A stretch of DNA of 61,733 bases from Sphaerochaetaceae bacterium (GTDB lineage: Bacteria > Spirochaetota > Spirochaetia > Sphaerochaetales > Sphaerochaetaceae), in NCBI GenBank assembly GCA_052170175.1, contig JBQNBA010000001.1, positions 1 to 61,733 of the forward strand. Direction: 5' to 3'. Of this stretch, positions 27,859 through 37,500 are shown piece after piece (position 1 is the first letter of the stretch; every line of letters begins with the position of its first letter). Position numbers and translations under genes: made by a program. The notes beneath the pieces were generated by a model. That model was given only the letters and a program-made list of their open reading frames with translations. It did not search any database and was not told where the DNA came from.

Positions 27859-28838
27859 AGTCATTTGATAAGCAAAAAACCATTTCTTTCTTGGACAAGC
27901 ATATCCTTGAGCTGATTCTTGTAGCGATTTTTCTTGTCATGGTTTTTTCATCCAAGGTCTTTATAAGGCCTGCAAACCTGTTCAATATTCTTAGAAATGT
28001 GTCAATGACAGGAATAATTGCATTTGGCATGTCCTTTGTGATTATTTCTGGAGAAATAGACCTTTCAATCGGCTCGATGGTCGGGCTCAGCGGGGTTCTT
28101 ACTGCATTGACTGTTGAAAGGCTCTCAAAAGCCGGGATGTCCATGACTTCTGCGGTTGTCTTGGGGATGGCTTTCGCACTTATCCTGTCGGTTGTTGTCG
28201 GCTTTCTGACAGGGTTGCTTCTTACTAGATTCAAGATGCCTTCGTTCATCATAACTCTGGGAATGCTCAATATTCTTTACGGAACGGCTTCTGTAATTTC
28301 CGGCGGATTCCCGATAACCAAGCTTCCGCAGTGGTATAACAAGATCGGCGCCGGCATGCTGTTCAACGTTATACCTGTTCCTGCATTGATTCTTGTGTGC
28401 GTGTACATTGTGTCTTTCATAGTTCTCAATAAAACGAAATTCGGACGCTCTGTGTACGCTGTTGGCGGAAATGCCGAATCGGCCAGGCTGTCAGGGATAA
28501 ATGTGAACAAAGTCAAGATAATTGTCATGATGATCGTTCAGTTTTGCTCAGCGCTGAGCGGAATCATACTTTCCTCGCAGGTCATGTCCGGGACTTTCTC
28601 ATTTGGTAAAGGTTGGGAGATGACTTCTATCTCTGCGGTCATAATAGGCGGTGCGAGCCTTTCCGGCGGCAAAGGAACCGTGTGGGGGACTTTTCTAGGC
28701 TTGCTGTTCCTTGGAATCATCCAGAATGCGATGACGCTTTTCGGAGTTGATGAGTACGTTCAGTATATTGTGCAGGGGGGGCTCATCATCGGAGCTGTTC
28801 TTATCAATTCGATAAAAGACAGCAAGCATAGATTATGA
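27855..28838 (+). CDS. Sugar ABC transporter permease (RbsC type)
   Basis: Polytopic BPD_transp_2-like protein (GEIDLSIGS, AVGGNAESARLSGINV). Its ATG overlaps the upstream stop (ATGA). Confidence 0.85.
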   Translation: MKSFDKQKTISFLDKHILELILVAIFLVMVFSSKVFIRPANLFNILRNVSMTGIIAFGMSFVIISGEIDLSIGSMVGLSGVLTALTVERLSKAGMSMTSAVVLGMAFALILSVVVGFLTGLLLTRFKMPSFIITLGMLNILYGTASVISGGFPITKLPQWYNKIGAGMLFNVIPVPALILVCVYIVSFIVLNKTKFGRSVYAVGGNAESARLSGINVNKVKIIVMMIVQFCSALSGIILSSQVMSGTFSFGKGWEMTSISAVIIGGASLSGGKGTVWGTFLGLLFLGIIQNAMTLFGVDEYVQYIVQGGLIIGAVLINSIKDSKHRL

Positions 28839-28860
28839 CTTGATCGCAAGGAGAAAACTA

Positions 28861-29538
28861 ATGAAACGCAGTGAAGTCAATGAATATATAAAGGAAGCGG
28901 AACGGATTCTTGCCGGCAATCACTTCTTTCTCCCGCAATGGGCAAGCTGGAAGCCAGAAGACTGGCAAAGGAACCGGGCGCTTTGTGACGAGGTCATTCA
29001 ATCCATGTTGGGATGGGACATAACGGATTTCGGAAGCGGGGATTACCTTAAAACAGGGCTTTTCCTTTTCACTCTCAGAAATGGCAATCCCAACCTCAAT
29101 AAAAAAGTCTATGCTGAGAAAATCATGATTGTAAAGGAAAACCAAGTTTGCCCGCTTCATTTTCATTGGATAAAGAATGAGGATATAATCAACAGAGGCG
29201 GCGGCACTTTGGTGTTCCAGCTTTATAAGGCTGCCGAGAACGGGGATCTCTCAGATGAGGATGTGGCAATACAGCTTGATGGAGTGACGACCAGGATAAG
29301 GCCAGGCGAGCCCTTGGAGATAGGCAATGGACAAAGCGTATCCCTTGCTCCGTATATTTATCACCGTTTCTTTGCAAAAGAAAAATCCGGATATGTGCTT
29401 GCGGGTGAGGTCAGCTCAATAAATGATGACAACACGGACAACAGGTTCTTTGAGCCGACTGGAAGGTTTCCCCAGATTGAAGAAGATGAGCCTGTATACA
29501 GATATTTGGTTGCGGATTACGAAAAATATCTGAAATAG
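28861..29538 (+). CDS. D-lyxose/D-mannose-family sugar isomerase (cupin)
   Basis: N-terminus MKRSEVNEYIKEAERIL...FFLPQWASWKPEDW and the cupin His block CPLHFHW match my recollection of this family. Start at ATG 28861 behind AAGGAG. Confidence 0.55.
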   Translation: MKRSEVNEYIKEAERILAGNHFFLPQWASWKPEDWQRNRALCDEVIQSMLGWDITDFGSGDYLKTGLFLFTLRNGNPNLNKKVYAEKIMIVKENQVCPLHFHWIKNEDIINRGGGTLVFQLYKAAENGDLSDEDVAIQLDGVTTRIRPGEPLEIGNGQSVSLAPYIYHRFFAKEKSGYVLAGEVSSINDDNTDNRFFEPTGRFPQIEEDEPVYRYLVADYEKYLK

Positions 29539-29857
29539 CAATATAAATTGCGCTTCATTCATTTGAGTGTTATCTTTCTCTTTTATTGATCATCGCACTG
29601 TTTGTTTCTTATTGACCCAAAGACAAAATCGTGGTTTATTGTATTTGACAGGCGGCGGAGCCGTCTTATCTTGAAGTGGAGGTGGCGTTGTGGATGACCC
29701 TCTGAGTTGCCAATGCGTTTTCAGTGACCTGCCAGGCCCATATTGCGCCACGAATCGCCGCTTGGCCCTCCGCTAAGCTTTCTTTCCGGGCGTCTTTGAG
29801 CCAGACGGGTCTTATTGCCGACCCTTGCTGGGGATTGTAAAGACGGAGGAAAGCAAA

Positions 29858-31219
29858 ATGAAGCAGATAAATCAGGCTCTCGTGAAGATTCTTGACGGGC
29901 TGCTTCTCAATGGGAAGACAGCCGCGTTCTCCGAGGTGCTTCTGACCATGAATCCCGCTGATGCGGGAATTTATCTCAACAGCATAGAGGAAGAGGAGCT
30001 GGACAAGGTTTTCACCCAGATATCCAGTTCAAATGCAGCTCTGCTTTTTGTCGAGCTTGACACGGCCAGGCAGGAAGCTCTGGTCAATGACATGGACGAT
30101 GACCAGCTTAGGGATATGCTGGAAGATTTGTATGCGGATGATCTCAGGGCTTTGATGAAGGGTCTTTCGGACGCTTCTGCGGAAAGGGCAAGAGGTCTGC
30201 TGAGCCTTGAGACCGTCAGGCAGCTTGATTTGATGATGAGCTACCCTGAGGACAGCATCGGAAACCTGATGAACACCGAGTTTCTCAGCCTCAGGCCATC
30301 GATGACAATCATGGAGGCGATTGCAAGCATAAGAAGCCAAGGCATGGACAAGGAGACTGTCAATGTCTGCTTCGTCACGGACAGAAGCAGGCGTCTGGTG
30401 GGTTCGGTTCAGCTGCGTTCTCTTGTGACCGCCAGGAATGATCGTCTGAGGATTTCGCAGATAATGGATGCCAAGCCAATATCGGTCAGAGCCGACGAAG
30501 ACAGGGAGGCGGTGTCTTTTGTATTCAAGAAATACGACCTCTCGGTGCTTCCTGTGCTGGACGATTCCGACAGGCTGGTGGGAATAGCGACTGTTGATGA
30601 TGCGATTGATGTGATAGACGACGAGGCGACAGAGGATATCCAGAAGATGGCGGCCATCATACCCTCCGAGACCCCTTATCTCCAGACTTCTGTCGTCAGG
30701 CTGTGGCTAAGCCGGATTCCCTGGCTTCTTACTCTCATGATAGGGGCCACGTTCACCGCCAAGGTCATAACCAGCTTCGAAGACGCTTTGGCCTCCTGCG
30801 TGATTCTGACAGCCTTCATCCCGATGCTGATGGACACCGCAGGAAATGCGGGGTCTCAGTCCTCTGTCACGGTGGTGAGAAGCCTGGCTCTGGGCGATCT
30901 GCGATTCGGCGACATCGTCAAGGTGCTGTGGAAGGAATTCAGGGTCGCTCTGATGTGCGCCGTAGTGCTTGTCGCATGCAATTTCGGCAAGCTGCTGCTT
31001 ATTGACAGGGTGACCGTTCCGGTTGCGTCCACAGTCTGCACGGCTCTTTTCATCGCAGTCATCATGTCCAAGCTTATCGGCTCCATGCTCCCGATTGCGA
31101 TTGGAAGCATAGGGCTTGACCCTGCTGTGATGGCCGGGCCTATTCTGACCACCATAGTCGATGCTCTTACGCTGCTTGTGTATTTCACCATTGCAGGATG
31201 GCTGCTCGGGATTGGATGA
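29858..31219 (+). CDS. mgtE: Magnesium transporter MgtE
   Basis: MgtE N-domain, a CBS pair, and the TM domain with MDTAGNAGSQSS. Start at ATG 29858 behind GGAGGA. Confidence 0.9.
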   Translation: MKQINQALVKILDGLLLNGKTAAFSEVLLTMNPADAGIYLNSIEEEELDKVFTQISSSNAALLFVELDTARQEALVNDMDDDQLRDMLEDLYADDLRALMKGLSDASAERARGLLSLETVRQLDLMMSYPEDSIGNLMNTEFLSLRPSMTIMEAIASIRSQGMDKETVNVCFVTDRSRRLVGSVQLRSLVTARNDRLRISQIMDAKPISVRADEDREAVSFVFKKYDLSVLPVLDDSDRLVGIATVDDAIDVIDDEATEDIQKMAAIIPSETPYLQTSVVRLWLSRIPWLLTLMIGATFTAKVITSFEDALASCVILTAFIPMLMDTAGNAGSQSSVTVVRSLALGDLRFGDIVKVLWKEFRVALMCAVVLVACNFGKLLLIDRVTVPVASTVCTALFIAVIMSKLIGSMLPIAIGSIGLDPAVMAGPILTTIVDALTLLVYFTIAGWLLGIG

Positions 31220-31244
31220 TTGCTGTGTCTCATGCAGAGCGCTG

Positions 31245-31301
31245 AAAAAAGGGTTCTTCACGGATTTCTGTGGGATTGACATTCTCGAGACTGGCCAGGG
31301 C
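31245..31301 (+). repeat. Dispersed intergenic repeat, copy a (core CTTCACGGATTTCTGTGGGATTGACATTCTCGAGACTGGCCA)
   Basis: Near-identical to 49024-49078 and 61672-61728. Confidence 0.9.
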
Positions 31302-31370
31302 AGCCTCGGGATCATGGCGTTCTCTGATGCTCTCCTATCTTGATTCACCAAGATAAAGGATTGAAGAAAG

Positions 31371-31405
31371 CATCCCACAGAAATCCGTGAAGAGCCGAAA
31401 AAAGG
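31371..31405 (-). repeat. Dispersed intergenic repeat, partial inverted copy b
   Basis: Its reverse complement reads GGCTCTTCACGGATTTCTGTGGGATG. It forms a perfect 21-bp inverted repeat with 31256-31276. Confidence 0.9.
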
Positions 31406-31565
31406 CTGCCGAAAAAAGACTGCTGAAAAACCCGGTTCTTTCAGCAGCGCCGGGCGATTCCTTGTAATTGCAAACAACGGAAGCACCTAGACGAAGCGCT
31501 GTGTTTTTTTGATATATTTGGGATTTGGTGGTGTTTTCCATTAGATTGCTATTGAATTTATATAA

Positions 31566-31581
31566 ACACTATATATAGTGG
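31566..31581. promoter_or_regulatory. NrdR-box-like palindrome ACACTATATATAGTGG upstream of nrdJ
   Basis: 15 of 16 positions match the palindromic NrdR consensus acaCwAtATaTwgtgt. It lies about 120 nt upstream of the nrdJ start. Confidence 0.55.
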
Positions 31582-31701
31582 CAGTGCAAAGAAATAGACG
31601 CTACAGGTATTGCTTTACGGAAGCAACTATGTTATTGTGGTTCACGAGTCCGAAATCACGGGCTTGTTAATTCAGATGGCATTTGAGCCGAGGACAAGGT
31701 G

Positions 31702-34233
31702 ATGAGTGAGAAGAATCAACTTAGCAGGCTGGGAAGAAAGATATTCCTGGATAGATACGCTCTGAAGGATGCGAAGAAGGCGACATTGAAGGTCGGCGAT
31801 GTCGTGGTCGCCGTCGCCAATGCGGTGACAGGGCAGAGGGAGATAGGCGTTGTCTCTCGTCTGGACTTTGAGAATGATTCGATAAGCGTCAAGCTTGATG
31901 ACGGAACCGTTGTCGATACGAAGATAGAGAGCGTGGACAAGCCTCTGGAGACGGAGCCGGAGCAGATGCTCCGCAGGGTTGCGAAAGGCATAAGCGGACA
32001 AGAGAAGCCCGGTGATAGGAAAGTCTGGGAGGCTGAGTTCAACTGGCTGCTTGAGGATTGGAAGTTCGTTCCCGGCGGCAGGATTCTCACAGGCGCCGGA
32101 ACCGACATGAACCTCACTTATTTCAACTGTTATGTGATACCTTCTCCGAAGGACAGCCGCAAGGGCATCATGGACAGCCTGGGGCAGATGACCGAGATAA
32201 TGAGCCGTGGAGGCGGGGTCGGGATGAACCTCTCATCCTTGAGGCCGCGCTATGCCTACGTGAAAGGAGTCAATGGACGTTCGAGCGGAAGCGTGTCGTG
32301 GGGCGGCTTGTTCAGCTTTGTGACAGGCCTCATAGAGCAAGGCGGCTCACGCAGGGGCGCTCTGATGCTCATCCTGGATGTATGGCATCCGGATATAATC
32401 GATTTCATCAATGCCAAGCGCGACATGAGCAAAATTGTGAATGCCAATATAAGCGTGGGCATCACCGATGAGTTCATGGCAGCCGTCCGGGCCGATGAGG
32501 ATTGGAACACTATGTTCCCCGATACTTCCGATCCGGACTACAACACGGTGTGGGACGGGGATATCAAGAAGTGGATTGCGTCCGGCAGGAAGACAGTCAA
32601 GTTCAGGACGTACAAGGCGCGTGAGATGTGGAACGCCATAATAGAGAGCGCATGGGCATCCGCCGAGCCGGGCGTGTTCTTCTGCGATCGATACAACAGG
32701 ATGAGCAACAGCTACTATTACTGCACCATCCGTTCAACCAACCCCTGCGGCGAACAGGGTCTTCCTCCGTGGGGTGTGTGCAACCTGGGCTCAATCAACC
32801 TCTCGAAGTTCGTCACCAGAGAAGGCAAGGTTCTGTGGGAGGACTTGAAGAGGGCCGTCCGCGCTGCGGCAAGGTTCCTGGATGATGTGATAGACGACAC
32901 CCCTTATTTCTTTGAGGAAAACAAGGAGCGCCAGCAGTCGGAGCGCCGGATAGGGCTGGGCACCATGGGGCTTGCCGACATGCTTATAAGATGCAAGCTT
33001 CCCTATGGGAGCGACGCCTCTCTGGAGTTCATCGACAAGCTTTTCAAGTTCATATGCGTGGAGGCGTACAAAGCAAGTTCAGACAATGCCAAGGAAAAAG
33101 GCTCTTTCCCGCTTTTTGATGCTGACAAGCTGCTTGAAAGCGGATTCATGAAGCAGATGCCGGAGGATATCAGGAAGAAGGTGAAAGAGGACGGTCTGCG
33201 GAATGTGACGTTGCTCACGCAGGCTCCTACAGGCACGACCGGAACCATGGTGGGAACCAGCACGGGAATCGAGCCTTATTATTTCTGGGAATGGGAAAGA
33301 ACCGGCCGCATGGGCAAGAACATCGAGAGGGTCGGCGTATACGATGAGTGGGTCAAGGCCAACCCCGGCAAGGAGAAGCCCGCTTATTTCGTCAGCGCCA
33401 TGGATCTCGCTCCGGAAGGGCATGTCCGGGTTCAGGCTGCCATCCAGCGTTGGGTTGATTCCTCCATATCCAAGACGGGCAACACGCCAAAGGATTATAC
33501 GGTGGAGCAGACGGGCAAGCTCTATGAGCTGCTTTACGACATGGGGTGCAAGGGCGGCACCACATATCGGGATGGATCGCGCGATACACAGGTTCTGATT
33601 GCCAAGACCGAAGAAAAGACCGATGACAAGAATGACGGTCAGACCGGCGGAGCTCAGCAGCATGCCGTTGCCGGCAAGCTTAAGGCGAGGGTAAGAACCA
33701 CATCGCTGAGGGGAACCACGTATCGCAAGGCGACTCCGATCGGCACCGCATATGTGACGGTCAATTCCGGCGGCGAAGCCTCGGATGAGCCTTTTGAGGT
33801 TTTCATCAATGTAGCCAAGGTGGGCTCTGATGTCGCCGCCGATGCGGAGGGGATAGGAAGGCTCATAAGCCTGATTCTCAGAATGCCAAGCCCGCTTGCC
33901 CCTAAGGAAAGGGCCAGGGCTGTGATTGCGCAGTTGAAGGGAATAGGCAGCGGCCATTCGCTGGGATTCGGAAAGAACAAGGTCATGAGCCTCCCCGATG
34001 CTGTGGCGCAGGTGCTGGAGGAATACGTGGGCTCTCTGGATGCGGAGAACGCAGGAGATGCGAAGCTCCCTGACGAAGGGGAGGACGATGGCTCATCCGG
34101 GCAGCTTGAGCTTGGGTTCGAGCCTCCTAGGAACAGCATCACTCCGGATATCTGCCCCATTTGCGGAAACGTCTCTTTCGTCAACATAGAGGGCTGCAGG
34201 AAATGCTTCTCCTGCGGGCACAGCGAGTGCTGA
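31702..34233 (+). CDS. nrdJ: Adenosylcobalamin-dependent (class II) ribonucleotide reductase
   Basis: Active-site block STNPCGEQGLPPWGVCNLGSINL. It is a single large subunit with a C-terminal Cys-rich tail (CPICGN...CRKCFSCGHSEC). Confidence 0.9.
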   Translation: MSEKNQLSRLGRKIFLDRYALKDAKKATLKVGDVVVAVANAVTGQREIGVVSRLDFENDSISVKLDDGTVVDTKIESVDKPLETEPEQMLRRVAKGISGQEKPGDRKVWEAEFNWLLEDWKFVPGGRILTGAGTDMNLTYFNCYVIPSPKDSRKGIMDSLGQMTEIMSRGGGVGMNLSSLRPRYAYVKGVNGRSSGSVSWGGLFSFVTGLIEQGGSRRGALMLILDVWHPDIIDFINAKRDMSKIVNANISVGITDEFMAAVRADEDWNTMFPDTSDPDYNTVWDGDIKKWIASGRKTVKFRTYKAREMWNAIIESAWASAEPGVFFCDRYNRMSNSYYYCTIRSTNPCGEQGLPPWGVCNLGSINLSKFVTREGKVLWEDLKRAVRAAARFLDDVIDDTPYFFEENKERQQSERRIGLGTMGLADMLIRCKLPYGSDASLEFIDKLFKFICVEAYKASSDNAKEKGSFPLFDADKLLESGFMKQMPEDIRKKVKEDGLRNVTLLTQAPTGTTGTMVGTSTGIEPYYFWEWERTGRMGKNIERVGVYDEWVKANPGKEKPAYFVSAMDLAPEGHVRVQAAIQRWVDSSISKTGNTPKDYTVEQTGKLYELLYDMGCKGGTTYRDGSRDTQVLIAKTEEKTDDKNDGQTGGAQQHAVAGKLKARVRTTSLRGTTYRKATPIGTAYVTVNSGGEASDEPFEVFINVAKVGSDVAADAEGIGRLISLILRMPSPLAPKERARAVIAQLKGIGSGHSLGFGKNKVMSLPDAVAQVLEEYVGSLDAENAGDAKLPDEGEDDGSSGQLELGFEPPRNSITPDICPICGNVSFVNIEGCRKCFSCGHSEC

Positions 34234-34252
34234 GCCAACGCATTTCCAAGCG

Positions 34253-34318
34253 GCTGTGAATGCCGGCCGTGAATGCCGCCGTGAATGGCGACTATGAATG
34301 CCGGCCGTGAACAGCGGC
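34253..34318. repeat. About 5 x 12-13-bp tandem repeat (gtgaatgcc core) just after the nrdJ stop
   Basis: The core occurs at 34256, 34269, 34281, 34294 and 34307. Confidence 0.85.
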
Positions 34319-34568
34319 TGGGATGCTGCCTTTGTGTTTGATTCTCCAGTCACATGGACTGTTTGATTTCAATTCCATCATCGTCCCGGCTATCCGGGCA
34401 AGACCCCCATTCGTTGGAGCAAATCCGACATGGGGTTTGTTTCGCCGTTTGTTTCGCCGCCATGCTTTCGGAGTCCTCAAGGTTGAAAAACTTGACCTTA
34501 TGATTTACAATATATTTTGGTTCTTTGATTTGCAAAGTCAAGAAAATCATAAATATATGGAGTGTGTT

Positions 34569-37500
34569 ATGGGTAACAAGAAAATGGTTACAATCGATGG
34601 CAATACAGCGGCCGCTCATGTGGCATATGCTTTCAGTGAAGTCGCTGCTATTTACCCGATCACCCCTTCTTCTCCTATGGGTGAGTATGCTGATTCCTGG
34701 GCAAGCGTCGGGAGGGTCAACATGTGGGGCAAGAAGGTCGACATCATGGAAATGCAGTCGGAGGCAGGGGCCGCCGGGGCTGTTCACGGCTCTCTTGCAG
34801 CAGGAGCCATGACGACTACCTTCACTGCATCTCAGGGGCTTCTTCTCATGATTCCGAATATGCACAAAATCGCCGGCGAGATGCTTCCGACTGTCTTCCA
34901 TGTCTCCGCAAGATCTCTGGCGGCCCAGTCGCTCTCAATCTTCGGCGATCATTCGGATGTCATGTCTTGCCGCAACACCGGGTTTGCAATGACGGCCGCC
35001 TCCAGCATTCAGGAGACAATGGACATGGCGCTTGTCGCCCATCTTTCCACTCTGAAATCATCAGTTCCATTCCTTGCGTTCTTTGACGGTTTCAGAACAT
35101 CGCATGAAATCCAGAAGGTCGAGGAAATCCCCTACGAGGACATGAAGAGCCTCATCGAGCCGCAGTATATCGAGAAATTCAGAGAACGCGCCCAGCGTCC
35201 TGACAAGCCTATGATAAAGGTTGCGGCGCAGAACGAAGACGTGTATTTCCAAGGGAGAGAGACTGTCAACAAGTACTACGATGAGCTTCCGGCCATCGTT
35301 CAGGATTACATGGACAAGGTCGCCAAGCTCACCGGCAGGCAGTATCACCTGTTTGACTATTTCGGAGCCGCCGATGCCACCGATGTCGTCATTGTGATGG
35401 GAAGCGGCGCTGATACATTCGAATGGGTTGTCAAATATCTCAACGCAAAGGGCGCCAAGGTCGGCGTTCTGAAAGTTCACCTCTACAGACCGTTCAGCGC
35501 AAAGCATTTTGTCGCCGCATTGCCCAAAAGCGTGAAGAGAATCGCCGTGATGGACAGGACAAAGGAGCCTGGCTCAATCGGAGAGCCGCTGTACCTTGAT
35601 GTGGTGGCCGCCCTTGACCAGATGAAGGTTGAAGGCATCAAGGTCATCGGAGGCCGCTTCGGGCTTTCCAGCAAGGATTTCCCGCCTTCGCACGCAAAAG
35701 CAGTGTTTGACCATCTGGCAGCTGACGGATTCAATGGCTTCACAGTCGGAATCAACGATGATGTCACCCACAAGTCAATTCCCGTGAAGGACAAGATTGA
35801 CGTCATCCCGCAGGGAGTCATCTCCTGCATGTTCTGGGGTCTTGGCTCCGATGGCACAGTTGGTGCGAACAAGAACTCCATCAAAATCATCGGTGACAAC
35901 ACCGATCAGAATGCACAGGCTTATTTCGCCTATGACTCCAAGAAGTCCGGCGGCATAACAATCAGCCATCTCCGCTTCGGGAAAGGCTCTCTGGATATGC
36001 CATGGCTCATCGATGCGGCTGACTTCGTAGCTTGCCACAATCCGGCTTACATAGGCCGCTATGATATGCTCGGTCCGCTTAAGGAGGGCGGCATCTTCCT
36101 GCTCAACAGCCAGATTCCGTCAGACGAGGTGTTCTACCATCTCACGGCAAAGGAGCAGCAGGAGATAATCGACAAGAAGATAAGATTCTTCAACATCGAT
36201 GCGCTGAGCATTGCGAACAAGGTCGGCCTTGGGGCCAGAATCAACACTGTGATGCAGGCCGCATTCTTCAAGATTTCCAAGGTTCTGCCTGAGAGCGAGG
36301 CTATCGCCCTCATCAAGAAGTACATTCAGAAGACATTCGCCAAGAAAGGCGAAGCTGTCGTCAACATGAACTGGGCGGCGGTGGATGAAGCATCGGCGGC
36401 TCTTCATGAGGTCGTTATTCCTTCCAAGGTTGATCCTAAGAAGGCTTTCGTTCCCAAGAAGCTCATAAGCGATGACGCTTCTGATTTCGCAAAGAACATA
36501 ATGCTGCCGATAATGCACCTTAAGGGAAACGACATCCCGGTGTCCGCCATGAGCATTGACGGAACGTTGCCGAGCGCAACAGCGAAGCTTGAGAAGCGCG
36601 GCGTCGCTCCGTTCGTTCCAGCATGGGACAGCACAAAGTGCATCCAGTGCAACCAGTGCGTGCAGGCTTGTCCGCATGCCGCCATCAGAGCGAAGCAGAT
36701 TGATCCGGCCGACCTCAAGGGCGCGCCTGATAACTTCACGACTCTCAAATCCACGACAAAGAACACGAAGGATCTTAAGTTCAGGATTCAGGTGTTCGCC
36801 GAGGACTGCATGGGCTGCGGAGTCTGCGTTGAGACATGTCCTGCAAAGGAGAAGGCTCTCAGCCTTGTTCCGTTAACGGATGCAATCTCCAGCGGTGCGG
36901 TTGAGGCTGCCAGCTTCTTTGAGAAGCTTCCTGAGAATGTTCTGGACGGCGCTCCCGAGACCACGGTCAAGGGGCTGCAGTTCAAGCAGCCGCTGTTTGA
37001 GTTCTCAGGCGCCTGCGCCGGCTGCGGCGAGACTCCGTATGTGAAGATGGTCACCCAGATCTGCGGCGAAAGGATGCTTGTCGCCAACGCCACCGGCTGC
37101 TCGTCAATCTACTCCGGAACTTTCCCATCGATTCCTTACTGCAAGAGACCTGACGGCCGCGGGCCGGCATGGGGCAACAGCCTGTTTGAGGATAACGCCG
37201 AATACGGGCTTGGCATGAGGCTTGCTGTGGATAACAACAGGACGCTGCTCAGAATGAAGGTCGAGCGGCTGTTGGAGCTTGGAACAACCGATGAGCTGTC
37301 TGCCGCGCTCAAGAAGAACCTTGAGCTGTGGGATGACACCACCGAGGCTTCAATCGATGCCCAGAAGGCCACCCAGAAGGTCCTGGATGGACTTTGCCCC
37401 TGCAGCCTCGAAGGAGAGCAGAAGGAGCTTCTGTCCAAGATAAAGGAGCTCAAGGACTACTTCACCGACAAATCGGTGTGGATAATAGGCGGTGACGGAT

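Noticed and set aside
34323-34568. An 82-codon N-terminal extension of the pyruvate:ferredoxin oxidoreductase ORF.
   Set aside because: The canonical PFOR N-terminus (MVTIDGNTAAAHVAY...) begins a few codons after the ATG at 34569, which has a GGAG upstream. The extension runs through intergenic tandem repeats and has no homology-like features.
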